Assembly (NCBI RefSeq): GCF_009914755.1
Contig: NC_060931.1
From: the human T2T-CHM13v2.0 reference genome, Homo sapiens
Strand: one strand, 5' to 3'
Length of the DNA: 64,000 bases
Position numbers and translations under genes: made by a program. This document shows positions 26,538-39,912 of this stretch, one piece after another. Below the pieces are notes generated by a model. That model saw only the letters and a list, made by a program, of their open reading frames with translations. It was not told the origin of the DNA and searched no databases. Every line of letters begins with the position of its first letter. The stretch's first letter is position 1.

Positions 26538-28386
26538 TGATTCAGAATCTTTAGGCCTATCCAGATTGTTTGTTTCTTCTTGTGTGAGTTTTGGCAGATC
26601 ATGTCTTTCAGGGAGCTCTCTTCATCTAGATTATCAAATCTGTAGGCAGAGTTGTTTGTAATATTTCTTTATCATCCTTTTAGTGTTCATAGGATTTGTA
26701 GTGATATCCATCCCCTCTTTCATTTCTGATATTAGTAATTTGTATCTTTTCTTTTCTTTTTTAAGTTAGCCTGGGGGCAGGCTTATCAATTTTATTGATC
26801 TTTTCAAAGAATCAGCTTTTAGTTTCATTGATTTTCTCTATTGATTTCCTATCTTTTTTTCTGTGTATTTTAGATTTAATTCACTCTTCTTTTTTTTGGT
26901 TTCCCAAAGTGGAAGCTTAGATGATTGATTTCAGATCTTTTGTCTTTTGTAATGTGTGTAATCTATACTATAAAGTTGCCTCTAGGCACTGCTTTCACTG
27001 CATTCTACAAATTTTGATAAGTTGTATATTCCTTTTCATTTAGATCAAAATGTTTTTAAATTTTTCTTTAGATTCCTTACTTGACTCATGTGTCTTTTAG
27101 AAGTGTGTTGTTTAATCTCCATGTATTTGGGGATTTTTCAACTAATTTTTACTTATTTGATTTCTAGTTTAGTTCTGAGATCATATATTGTATAATTTCC
27201 ATTGTTTTAAATTTATTAAGGTGTGTTTTATGACCCAGAATGTAATTCATAGTAGTGAATATTTCATGTGATCTTGAGAAGAATGTGTATTCTGCTGTTA
27301 TTGGATGCAGCAGTCTACAGATGTCAATTATATCCTGTTCGTTGATGGTGATATTGAGTTCTGCTATATCCTTATTGGTTTTTTGCCTGCTGCATTCGTT
27401 AGTTCCTAATAGAGGTGTTGACCTCTCCAACTATAATAGTGAAGTCATCCATTACTTCTTGCAGTTCTACCCGTTGTTGCCTCACATATTTTGATGCCTT
27501 GCTAGTAGGGGCATGCACAGGGTTATTATGTATTCTTGAAGAATTGACTGTTCTATTGTTGCAAAATGCCCTTCTTTGTCTCAGATAATTTTCCTTACTC
27601 AGGAATCTGCTCTTTCTGAAATTGATATAGTTACTCCTAGTTTCTTTTTGTTAGTGCTGGCATGGCATATTGGCATATCTTTCTCCATCCGTTTAATTTT
27701 AATCTGTATGTATCTCTAAATTTAAAGTGGGTTTCTTGTGGACAACATGTAGTTGGGTTTTGTGTTATGGTCCACTCTGACAATCTTTGTCTTTTAACTA
27801 GTATTTAGATCATTAATGTTTAAAGTAATTATTAATATATTTGCATTAATATCTATCATATTTGTTACTGTATTTTATTCATTGCCCAGCTTCCTTTGTT
27901 TCTATTTTTGTCTCTTACTATTTTTCTGCCATTTGTAGTTTTAATTAAACATTTTATATAATTTCATTTTCTCTCCTTTTTCTTAGCATAGCAATTATAT
28001 TTCATTTTCTTACTTTTTTTAAATTGTTGCCCTAGAGTTTGCAACATACATTTACAACTAATCCAAGTCCACTTTGAAATAACACTCTAGCGCTTCATGA
28101 CTAGTGTGAATACTGTATAAGAACAAAATAATGCTAATTCCTCCCTCTCTTTCCTTGTATCTTTGCTGTCATTTGTTTCACAATGCTAATATACAGCATT
28201 TCACAATGCTAATAAGGCATATATGTCTAGCTCCTGATATTATTTTGAACAAACCGCCACTATATTAGATCAATTAAAAATGAAAATAAAAATTTGTAAT
28301 TACTTTCATTTATTCCTTCTCTAATACTCTTTCTTTAATCACGTAGAGTCAAGTTTCTGACCTATATCACTTTTTTTTCTCTCTGA

Positions 28387-28765
<379 letters not shown>

Positions 28766-28806
28766 TCCTTTTCACTTTTAAAGGATAATTTCACAGAACA
28801 TAGGAT

Positions 28807-28809
<3 letters not shown>

Positions 28810-28848
<39 letters not shown>

Positions 28849-29121
28849 AGACGGAGTCTCGCTCTGTCGCCCAGGCTGGATTGCAGTGGCATAATCTCAG
28901 CAAGCTCCGCCTCACTGTTTCACGCCATTCTCCTGCCTCAGCCTTCCGAGTAGCTGGGACTACAGGCACCTGCCACCACGCCCGGCTAATTTTTTGTATT
29001 TTTCGTACAGACGGGATTTCACCGTGTTAGCCAGGTTGGTCTCGATCTCCTGACCTCGTGATCCACCAGCCTCGGCCTCCCAAAGTGCTGGGATTACAGG
29101 TGTGAGCCACCGCGCTAGGCC
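28810..29121 (-). mobile_element. AluY with a T39 tail and a 7-nt internal deletion
   Basis: caagctccgcc, cacgccattctcc, ccgtgttagcc; TSD cacagaacataggattct / cacaggatatagaattct. Confidence 0.93.
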
Positions 29122-29373
29122 CACAGGATATAGAATTCTAGATTGGTGGAGTCTTTTTCTCTCTCAACACTTTAAGGATTTCATTCCACTCTCTTCTTAC
29201 TTGCATGATTTGTAGAAGTACGGTGTTTTTTCCCTCAGGCTTCGTTTAAGATTTTTTTCTTTACCTTTGATTTTTGGCAGTTTGAATGTAACATGCCTAG
29301 TGTAGTTTTTGTTTTTGTTCCCATTTATCCTGCCTGGTGTTCTCTGAGTTACCTAGATCTGTGGTTTGGTGTC

Positions 29374-29778
29374 TCTATTAGTCTGTTCAGGCTGCCATAA
29401 CAAAGTACCACAGACTGGGTGGCTGAAACAACAAAAATCTATTTTCTCACAGTTTTGGAAGCTAGAATACCAAGATCAAGGTGCTGTCAGAATTGGTTTC
29501 TGATGAGGCCTCTCTTCCTGACTTGTAGTCAGCCACCTTCTCGCTATGTCCTCACATGGTCTCTTCTCTGTGCATTTGCAGAAAGAAAAAGAAAAGGGTA
29601 AGATCTTTGGTGTCTCTTCCTCTCCTTATAAAAACATCAATCCTATTGGGTTACAGACCCATCCTTGAAACCTCATTTAACTTGTTTTACCTACTGGAAG
29701 GCTCTATTTCCAAATGCAATGAGAGTTAGGATTTGAACATTTGAATTTACAGGGAGGGGCTCAGTTTGGTCTATAACT
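29374..29778 (-). mobile_element. MLT1A/MLT1A0 solo LTR
   Basis: ggctgccataacaaagtaccacagactgggtggct; perfect 5-bp TSD gtgtc (29369-73, 29779-83). Confidence 0.9.
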
Positions 29779-30176
29779 GTGTCTCCCATTAATTTGGGAA
29801 AATTGTCAGGAGTTACTACTTCAAATATTGCTTCTATTCCTTTCTTTTTTCTCCTTCTGGTAGCCCTGTTACATGTATGCTACACCTTTTATAGTTGTTC
29901 CACAGTTTTTAGATATTTTGTTATTTATTTTCAGTCTTTTTCTCTTTGTTGTTCATTTTAGAGGTTTCCATTGATATATCCTCAAGCTCAGAGATTCTTT
30001 ACCCTGCTGTTTTCAGTCAACTAATGAGCCTATCAAAGACATTCCTCATTTCTATCAAAATAGAATCAGTTTTTAATCTCTAGTATTTCTTTTAATTTCT
30101 TCTTAGAACTTTCATCTCTGCTTACATCATTCTTCTGTTCCTGTATGTTGTCTACTTTTTCCATTAGATCCTTTAG

Positions 30177-30443
<267 letters not shown>

Positions 30444-31242
30444 TAGTATACCTAATACTTTTTTACTGAAAGCCAGATATAGGATACTGAATGAAAGGAA
30501 CTGTAGTAAATGGATCATTAGTAATGTGGTGGTAAGGGGTGGGGGGAGGTAAAATGTTCTATAGTCCCATAACTAGTTCTCAGTCTTTCAGTGATCCTGT
30601 GCTTCTGGGCTGCGAACTTCATGAGACCCTCTCAGTTTTTTTCTCCTGCCTTAGCTGAGGCAGTACAGCTGAAGGGGCTGAAGTTGAGTTGAATATTTCC
30701 CTTCTCCAGCATGGGAGGCTAGAGGCAGTGACCACACTTTTCTGATAGAACTAAGAAGAATTATTTATTTTCTGCTTTTTTCAGCTTTTTACTTGTTATC
30801 AGAGTGGAGTATTGACTTCTAGATTCCTTACATGCTGGACCAAAAGGAAGAAGTCCTTCTTTGTCCATTTTAAATGGAGTTGTTTGTTGTTGCTGTTGTT
30901 GTTGAGTTGTGGGAATTTTAAAAATATATTCTGAATATAAATCCTTTATCAGATATACAATTTGCATATATTTTCTCCCATTCTGTGAGTTGTCTTTTCA
31001 TTCTGTTTGACATCAAAGTTTTAATTTTGATAAGTAAGGAGCCATCTTACCTATTTTTTTTTCTTTTGTTGCTTGTGTTTTTAATGTCATACCCAAAAAA
31101 TGATGGCTAAATCCAGCGTCATGAAGCTTTTCCCCTATGTTTTCTTCTAAGAGTTTTACAGTTTTTGTTACTATGTTTAGGTCTTTGATCCACTTTGAGT
31201 TGCTTTTTGTATATGGTGTAAGGTGGAATTCACCTTCATTTT

Positions 31243-32269
31243 TTTTTAAACCACTTATTGAGGTGTGATTGTCATTTAAAAAGTTATGCACATTTAATAT
31301 ATACAACTCAATGAGTTTGGAAATAAGTATATACTCATGAAGCCAACATTACAATCTACCATAAACATATTAGCTTGGTGCAAAAAGAATTGTGGTTTCT
31401 GCCATTACTTTCAATTAATTTTGCCATTTACTTTTGCCATTATTTTAATGGCAAAAACTGCAATTCCTTTTTTGCACCAACCTAATATCTATCACCTCCA
31501 TAAGTTTCCCTCCACCCTCCTATTTATTGTTATTGATTTTTTGTGTGTGATAAGAACACAGAAGATCTAGTCACTTAGCAAATTTTTAAGTTTATGAAAC
31601 AGTATTGTTAACCAAAGGCACTATGCTGTACAGTAGATTTCTAAAACTTATTTATCTTGTGTAACTGAAACTTTATATCCTGTGACTAATATCTCCCATT
31701 TCCCTCTTCCGCCAGCCCTGGCAACCACCATTTCACTCTCTTCTTCTATGAATTTGATTATTTTAGATCTATCACATAAGTGGTATCATGTAGTATTTGT
31801 CCTTCTGTGTCTGGCTTATTTCCCTTAGCATGAAGTCTTCCAAGTTTATCCATGTGGTCACAAATGGCAGGATTTCCTTCTTTTTTAAGGGTGAATACTA
31901 TTCCATTGTATCATAGACCACGTTTTCTTTATCCATTCATCCATTGATGGACATTTACGTTGCTTCTGTGTCTTGCATATTGTGAATTGTGCTGCAGTGA
32001 ACATGCGAGTACAGATGTCTCTTTGAAATTCTGATTTTAATTCCTTTGGATATATACCCAGAAGTGAGATTTCTGGATCATGTTGTAGTTCTGTTTTTAA
32101 TTTTAGTGGGAACTTCCATACTGTTTTCCACAGTGGCTGTACTAATTTACATTTCTATTGACAGTGTACTAGAGTTCCCTTTTTTCTACACCCTTGCCAA
32201 CATTTGTTATTTTGTGTATTTTTTACGTAATAGCCATCCTAACAGGCGTGAGGTGATTTCTCATTGTGG
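31243..32269 (-). mobile_element. L1MA9/10-like 3' portion nested in L1MB
   Basis: 3' end ttattgaggtgtgattgtcatttaaaaagttatgcac; TSD caccttcatttt (31231) / caacttcatttt (32270). Confidence 0.8.
31370..31485. mobile_element. MADE1 (Hsmar1-derived MITE) with expanded centre; miR-548-type hairpin
   Basis: TIRs ttagcttggtgcaaaaagaattgtggtttctgccatta / taatggcaaaaactgcaattccttttttgcaccaacctaa; TA TSD. Confidence 0.92.
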
Positions 32270-32924
32270 CAACTTCATTTTTTTATGCCTGTAGATATTC
32301 AGTTTCCCCAACACCATTTATTAAAGACTATGTTTTCCCCATGAATGGTCTTGGCACCCTTGCCAAAAGTCATTCAACCATATATGCAAGGCCTTATTTC
32401 TGGGATCTTCGTTCTATTCCATTGGTCTATATGTCTCTTTTTATGCTGGGAGCACAGTTTTTATTACCATAGCTCTGTAGTAAGTTTTGAAATCAGGAAG
32501 TATGTGAATTTCAACCTAGTTCTTTCTCAAAACGTTTTGGCTACTTGGGATTCTTGAGATTCCACATAAACTCTAAGATGAATATTTTTATTTCTGTAAA
32601 AAAAATCATTGGGATTTAAATAGGGATTGAACTACATCTATAGATCACTTTGAGTAGTATTGACATCTTAACAATATTAATTCTTCCAATCCATGAACAT
32701 AGGCTGTCTCTCCATTTATTTGTGTTTTCTTTAATTTCCTTCAGCAAAATTTTGTAGTTTTCATTACACAAGTGTTATACCTCTTTTGTTAAGTCTATTC
32801 TTAAGGACTGTATTCTTTTAGATGCTATTGTAAATGGAATTGCTTTCTTAATTTTTTTAGATTGTTCATTGTTAGTATATAAAAACACAACTTATTTTTT
32901 CCCTCATTCTATTTTATCACAATT

Positions 32925-33042
32925 TGAGTGTCCTGAAACACATCCCTCGATCACTCTGAGCCCTTGTATCCTCATTTAAACAAAACGAATTAGATTAGAT
33001 GGTTTCTAAAATCTTTCCCACTATTAGATGTTGTGATTCTAT
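32925..33042 (+). mobile_element. MIR3/MIRc fragment
   Basis: cactctgagcc...ttagatggtttctaaaatctttccc...gtgattctat. Confidence 0.55.
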
Positions 33043-33365
33043 CTGGATACTCCTTTCCTTTAATTATCTATGTAAAGGGAGCAATTCAGCTTTCAAGTCC
33101 TAGCTTAGAATTTATAGTTTTTACATAAAGACTTCTTTAACTCCCCCAACTCTCCCCCCTATTTTTACATGAATTCTATCACACCATAGCACATATCTCA
33201 GAGCAATGTTCCAATTATCTTTTCTTCCACAGCAATTCAAATAAAGCCTGGATGTATGCAAGCAACAAATAGGAATCAGTGCATGAACAATTAAATGAAT
33301 ATGCCTGACTGTCTATGACCTAAACCATAAGTAAGGCCCTCCTAACAAAAACACATTAAAACCAA

Positions 33366-33748
33366 TGTATTAGTCTATTCTCACATTGCTATAAAGAACT
33401 ACCTGAGACTGGGCAATTTATAAAGAAAAGAGGTTTAACTGATTCACAGTTCCACATGATGTACAGGAAGCACAAGTAGGAAGGCCTCAGGAAACTTATA
33501 ATCATGGTAGAAGGGCAAAGGGGAAGCAAGCACATCTTCACATGGTGGCAGAAGAGAGACAGCAAAGGGAGAAGTGCTACACACTTTAAAACAGACAGAT
33601 CTCATGAAAACTCACTAATTATCCCAAGAACAGCAAGAGGGAAATCCGCCCCCATAATCCAATCACCTTCCACTAAGCCTCTCCTCCAACACTGAAGATC
33701 GTAGTTCAATCTGAGATTTGGGTAGGGACATAGAGCCAAATCATATTA
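33366..33748 (-). mobile_element. THE1D solo LTR (MaLR)
   Basis: tgtattagtc...gctataaagaactacctgagactggg...ggcctcaggaaactta...gagccaaatcatatta; flanked by accaa on both sides. Confidence 0.88.
33655..33665 (+). promoter_or_regulatory. Perfect DUX4-type motif TAATCCAATCA in THE1D
   Basis: Matches TAAYBBAATCA; function untested. Confidence 0.5.
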
Positions 33749-34319
33749 CACCAAAAACAATCCCTTCATACAAGAGAGTGGACTTACATTTTTCTGTTAT
33801 ATGAGAATGTGGACCTTTCATTTAGAACTAAAATTAATTCTAGCATATAAATATAGACTAAATTAAAAAAAAGAAGGGACTACTCCCTAGATTTTATTTA
33901 TGGTAGAGCAATGTAAATAATACAGTTGAGACATCAAATAGCCCTTAGATTTTCTTAATCTAATTTAAATGGTTTGCAAGATGATATATTCAGATTTAAT
34001 CTAAGAGCTTTATCTTTGGCTCATTTTGTACTGTTCTAGGAGACTTTCTATTTAAGAAAATGGAGTTTTGTGGCTACAAAAATTTCAAAGGAAAAAAAGG
34101 AATATGGAGTTTTGTTGGAGACTAATTTTATACATATTTCCTATTATCCATCCAAAATCTCAAAACTGTATTAGTAATACAGGTATTAGTGAAGGCCTGA
34201 AGAGAATAATTTGTTCAGAATAATGGTTTCTAAATATTTTAAGGACTGCCACTTAGCATAGGAATTAAAAGTATTATGTTTAAAAAGGAGAGCTAGTTCA
34301 GTGAGTGGGATCTGTAATG

Positions 34320-34543
34320 AAACAGCTTTTGCTCAATGTAAAGAAAGCCTCTCTGAGGATTAGAGCTACTCCAACAGGAAGTTTACTATCTCAAGAGAGG
34401 ATGGATTTCCTGTCACTGAAACTTCTCAAAAGAAGCAGAACACTCACTGACCAGGTTCTTCAAGAGAAGACTGGGGAAATGTATAAATTAGATTGTCTCT
34501 AAAGTTTCTTCCAACTCTGAAAGTATATAATCCCATGATTCTT
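34320..34543 (+). mobile_element. L3/CR1 3' end
   Basis: gatttcctgtcactgaaacttctcaaaagaag...ttagattgtctctaaagtttcttccaactctga...catgattct. Confidence 0.6.
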
Positions 34544-34882
34544 ATACTTCTTCACATAGATATCACTGAACTATCTGAATGTGGCTTTTGTGTTGGCCTT
34601 CTCATTATTTAGTCTAAACAAAACAGGTTTCTTCAAGCACTGCCCATGAATGATATCCTGTCTTGGTCGTGCCCCTCAGAGTATTTTTACATTTTCTAAT
34701 TCTAGTAATTAAGTCCAAGCCCGCTTCTATTTTTTTCTGTAGCTACATGACACAGGGTTACTCACTGAACTTGAAAATCCCAGTTTTATTCACACATGTT
34801 AATAGAGAGAACACAGGCTTTAAAACACGGAAGAAGGGTTGGCACTTGCTGTTGAACTTGGACAAGTTTCTCTGAACATGAG

Positions 34883-35317
34883 TGTAGTGGATACTGTGAT
34901 GTGCTACCAAGATCCAAGATCCCACATTCAAGACCAAGGCATTGCCAGCTCCTGCAGTGTTTTCTGATGATACTTACAGGTGTCATTCCTGTGGAATTGC
35001 CCCATAATCAAAGGGAAATAAATGCCTTGTTCAGATTATCGCTTCTGCATAGCGGTAGCCCATATACAATGACTATACTTGGAAGTACAAAGGCCAGGCC
35101 CTCTTGCCTCAATTCAGAATATCTCTGAAGAACAATCCCAGCCCTAGAAACTCCTCTTTGGTTTAGCTAAGGCCTTTTGCGACTACACTGCAGTTCAGCT
35201 ACTCCTTCTGCCAGCCTTGCTCTCTCATTCCTGAACAGATGTTGTTCCTAAGAGCACAAGTAAATTACCTGCATTTTCTGTCTCATCACTAGTTTCCTAG
35301 GGAACTTGACCTAATGC
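34883..35317 (+). mobile_element. LTR16C solo LTR, inserted in a MIR (about 34800-35430)
   Basis: tgtagtggatactgtgatgtgc...agtacaaaggccaggccctcttgcctcaattc...tttcctagggaacttgacctaa. Confidence 0.85.
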
Positions 35318-35879
35318 TCGTCAATCTTTAAAATGAGAATGTTTTGCATTTCTTCATATTGAGAGGACCTAATGAGATTACAATTATGAAATTATTGAGC
35401 ACAGTATGAAATAACTATGTACATTCACATTTCACTCATTTTTTTCTAACCCACACTTTCTGTACCAGATACTTGATAGCTATATTCAAAGGGTTTTATA
35501 TGGGGGAAGGAGATTCAGGTTATTTTGTTCTATTGGGAAGAACTTCAATAGTGGGCAAAATTTTAGGCACCCAGAAATGCCTGGTGCATAGTTGGCAGTT
35601 AGTAAATGAATAAATGGATTGATAGATGGATGAGAAAATTAACATAATTTTAGAACTTTCTATTAGTCATTGTCCATGCAAAATGTAATGGGTTGCCACA
35701 AGAACCATTTAAATAATACTTCACTCAAGAAGTATTATGTATAATTAAACATTAATTTCAAGCTAGATACTGAAAAAGATTTTTTTACAAATATTGGCTT
35801 ACTTAATCCTTACACCTACACTTCAACATAAGGTGTTCTTATATTTCAAAAAGTGAAATTGGAACTCGAAACTTTCCAA

Positions 35880-37125
35880 ATTCATTTGTTTAAATCTTCA
35901 GTCTTCCTTCTCCATACTCTCAATCAGAATGTATTGATATTTATTTGATCACACCTATCAGAAAGTTGGAAATTATTCTAGACTATTGCCTCTTCTGTAT
36001 CTCCTACAACCAACCCTTTATTCACTCTGCCTCCTAAGCTTCCTCCTACAGCAGATACTGTTAGTGCCCTGCTTGTATGCCCTCTTGGCACTCAACATTC
36101 TGAGTATGTCAATGGTTTCTGACTTCAAGCACTAACAGTTCTCTGTCTGAGGGCTTCAATTTTCTTCAGAAGCCTACTCTGCATATGTAAATAGTGAGCC
36201 TAAAGTGTTGGGGAGCTAATGCTCATAAGAGAGGTTCCCAACCAATGGTGGATGGGAGTTGATGAATAAATGTCCCCCAATTCCCGTTTGAATGAGAACT
36301 ATTAGTACCTTCTATACAGGGTCCCAGCAGGACTTGGCATCAATTCCACAGTGGTATCCTGATCATTTTTACATGCTCTCTTGGCTTCCTTCCTTCTGCC
36401 ACTTCCTTGACTTACTATCCTATTGCTGTACTCTGCCGTGTAAACTACTTGCACTCAAATCTACCACTCTGCTTTTGGAGGAACTCACTTAGGACATCTC
36501 TCCATTCCCATTCTAGTTCAATAATTTGTTTCCTTTCACCTGAACAGTTTCTTCCCTCTCTCAGCTTCAGTCTCTTTCTTTAGATCCTTCCTTCAAAGAA
36601 ATATTTCAAAACATAAATATGATCGTGTCTCATTGTATGTAGGATAAAATATAAACTCTTTAGCATAGCTTATAAGGCCCTCCATGATCTCATGCTCTTG
36701 CCTCTGTCTGCCTTTTCATCTTCACCTCCCACTTTTTCCCACCACCACCCCATGCTAAGCTCATGTGGAACAATTCACACTCCTTCAGATGCACCCTGCC
36801 ATCCCATCCTCCGTGGATTAACACACACCTGGCAAGTCCTCCACTCAGCCCAATGTGCAGTCAATGAGCCCACATTCATCCTTTATTTCTGCCTCAGTGA
36901 AGGGCGTTCCTTCAGCACATGGTTACAGGAAGACCTCCACATGTGTCTATCCTTGTGCTAGTCACACTGCAGTCGAGTTATTTGCCACAATGTCCATCTC
37001 CCCCGCCATGCTAAGAGTTGCTTGAGGGCAGCAGTAGTCTCCTGGATCAATGAGCTCCAAGGAATCCACACACAGCAGGTTCTTTAGGAAAGTGTCTTGC
37101 GGTTATAAATGGCTGAGTGCATGAA
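35880..37125 (+). mobile_element. L2 LINE, split by LTR33
   Basis: taggataaaatataaactctttagcatagcttataaggccctccatgatct; cttgagggcag; L2 tail. Confidence 0.7.
36047..36496 (+). mobile_element. LTR33-family solo LTR (ERVL)
   Basis: gcagatactgttagtgccc...accaatggtggatgggagttgatgaataaatgtcccc...taaactacttgcactcaaatc...aggaca. Confidence 0.8.
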
Positions 37126-38882
37126 TATACACTATCTAACAGCTGTCAGAGCTGGATTTCCGACATGGGTGTGTCCATTTCCAAAGCCCGCGCTCTTCCC
37201 ATCGCAGTGTGCTCTCCAGGAGAGAGAGCCCTGCACCATGACTCTGTTGCTTCGACAGGCAGGCTTTATTGTACCAAGGCAATGGGCATGCAGCCATCAC
37301 ACATTTTGATGCATGACGCTTCCCCTTTCCATAGTCAGGAAGAGTAGATTCCGATCTGAAATGCCTTACTCCTAGCAGCTTTTCAGGCTGATTTCCTCTT
37401 TGCCTTGTATCAGATCAACCACTATGTATGTAACAGAACCTCCTTCATTTTTTGGCTCCACAAAACCCTTACTCCTTCTTTCTCCCTAATCTACAAAAGA
37501 AGAAAAGAGTGTCTTGGGAGAGCAGGGTCAGGAAATAAGATCATTCTGAGAAAGGTATCAGAACAGAGCAACTCTCTCGAGAGGGCGGGAGGTGAGGAGT
37601 GACAAAGGAGGTTGGGGGAATGGCTGGCATAATTGCTGCCACTGTAAGCAAGAGTGAGGGAGGAAAGAATCCAGGTGATTTTTCACAGAACTTGGGAACA
37701 GTGCATTTGTATCTTAATCATTACCTCATTGACTTGCTGTGTGTTAACCTGAACCTGGTTTATAACTACTCTTGAAAGTGCATCATCAATGTGGAATTCA
37801 GGCAATGCTTTTACTCTAAGGTTTTGGAAAGACTCCTTCATCAGTTCTCCCCAACCTGGGGTTGGGGAAGGGGAGCAGGAAGAAGGTCAAGGCTTCGCTA
37901 ATGTTTCCAATGGTAATGAGAATACCACAGGTTCTCCCTCAGGCTCTCTCTTGGGGTGAAAACAATTTGCTGTTGGTTCCTGAGCTCTTTCTCCATCAAT
38001 CCAGAGACTCCCCAGTATCTCAAGATCCCTGCTTCCCTGGGACACCTGAGGTGGCTCAAGCCCCTCTTTAGCAGCTTCCCACCACCTTCCATAGGCACCT
38101 TATGTTTGTGGCAGACCCTGCTGTTGTCATGAATGGATCTTTAGTTTTGGCACTGAGATTTACCTGTTTTTTGAACAGGGACAACTGTTATATACTCAGA
38201 AGCCAACTTATCATTATTATTTATCTCTCACTCCAATTGCAATTATTTAAGGAGGTTACCCTCCATTGTTGCTATATACAAACTTCAGCAGCCCCAATAA
38301 TTTTCTGCTCAACACTACGTAATAGACAGGCAATAGATATTAAGTAATAACTTTAAAAGTCTTTATTCTGAAGTCAAAATATCTATACCAAGATTTAATC
38401 TACACACCAAACTTTATTCAATGTCAGGTCTCCCCTCCCTCATCTTGGGAGCTGCAGCCCTAAGGACGGTGGTAGGTTCTTCTTTCTCCTACTGACACTT
38501 CCCTCCCCACTGCCCCTGTGCCTTCCAGGTGTTTTCTGATCAGGTCCAGAGAATGGCATAGAAAGAGAAAATGAAAGGCTTCATGGACATGTACTGATCA
38601 GGGCTGACTTTGCACCCTGTGCCTGGCAGATGAATAAGGCTCACTCCTTCTCTTGTAGGTACTTTCTTTGTTCTCTGGAGTTTCTATCACCAAAGACCAC
38701 TTGTGCTGTTGCCTTGAGCCTGAAAGGTATATCCTATTCCAAGTGGAAAACCCTAGAAATCTCATGATAAGCCTCAGCTTCTTACTGTTGGGTTTCTTTA
38801 CTTTCTTATGGGAGGCACCCAAGATGGCCACATGCCTGACCTTACTCTCTCTCTATTTCTGTGCGTCTGTTTATCTCTGTAG

Positions 38883-39195
38883 GGAATGAACCATGCTCCA
38901 TGGGAAATGAACAAGCACCCCTTGACCCAACAAGTGTTGGGATCACAGGCAGGATCCATCACAGCAGTCTACAACTTGTCACCATCATCAACGCTCTCAT
39001 CATTAAGCACAACTCCTTCATGTCTTTCAAATGTAGGGGACATGTTTCAAGCTCTCCAGCCACCCCACAGAAGCCTCTCACGGGGCTCATAATGAATGGG
39101 GTAACACCCATCCCTACCCCTCATGCCTTCTGGCAGGAGACGCTTATGGCACTGCATTAGCTCTTCCCAAATAAATCTTTTTTCAAATCCTCCCT
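38883..39195 (+). ncRNA. Candidate terminal exon of a non-coding transcript
   Basis: Branch-like CCTGAC at 38835-40, a ~40-nt pyrimidine-rich tract, and TAG|G at 38882. AATAAA at 39170-75 with T-rich downstream sequence. Signals only; no transcript evidence. Confidence 0.3.
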
Positions 39196-39440
39196 TCTCT
39201 GTTCTCAATTTTTGTTTTATTTGAAGCCAATGAGAGGAGTTAAAAATCAACAACCACTTTACAAAATATCTCTCTATAAATTTTTCAAGTGGGGATCTAC
39301 TGACATTCACTTTGACATCTAATATCTCTTGTGTTCACACCCAGGTCAAAACTGTGGTAGGAAGAGCCTCTTTTAACATCTTGATCCTGCTGCTGAGATT
39401 TCGAAGGCTCACTCCCCTCTAGTATCTGGGCTACTTTCTG

Positions 39441-39570
39441 ATATTATCTCTCTTTACAAATTAGAAAATGAAGGCTCAGAGAGGTTAAGAAACTGTTCAC
39501 CATTCATTAGATTGAGGAGCTATAATTTGATATCCAAGACTTCTGGACTCTAATATAGGTGCTCTTAACC
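39441..39570 (-). mobile_element. MIR
   Basis: tttacaaattagaaaatgaaggctcagagaggttaag. Confidence 0.8.
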
Positions 39571-39764
39571 TCTTAGCTCTGATGGCCACTGGGCGCCAAG
39601 TACTGCCTTTTGACTGGGAGAAAAGCTCAGTAGCACAAACTTTCCCCACTGTTCTCAGGGCAAGCTGCGTCCCACATGCCTATCAGGCACTGACTACCTG
39701 CTTTTCTCTTTGCTAGCAGGTATCAGCCACAGTGTCCTATGGCTGACTCAGTCCCAAAGTCTTC

Positions 39765-39912
39765 AATACTTCGCTACTAAAAGGGTGGTCCAAAGGCCAG
39801 CAGCAGCACCTGAGAGCTTCTTAGAAATGTGTTATGTCGGTGCCTCCCCACCAATATGCCCAAAGGGAATCTGCATTTCAGTAAGGACATGAAGATTAAA
39901 GAAGCAGCACTC
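39765..39912. mobile_element. MER5A-type hAT MITE
   Basis: gctactaaaagggtggtcc...ccagcagcagcacctgagagcttcttagaaatg...gaatctgcattt. Confidence 0.75.
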
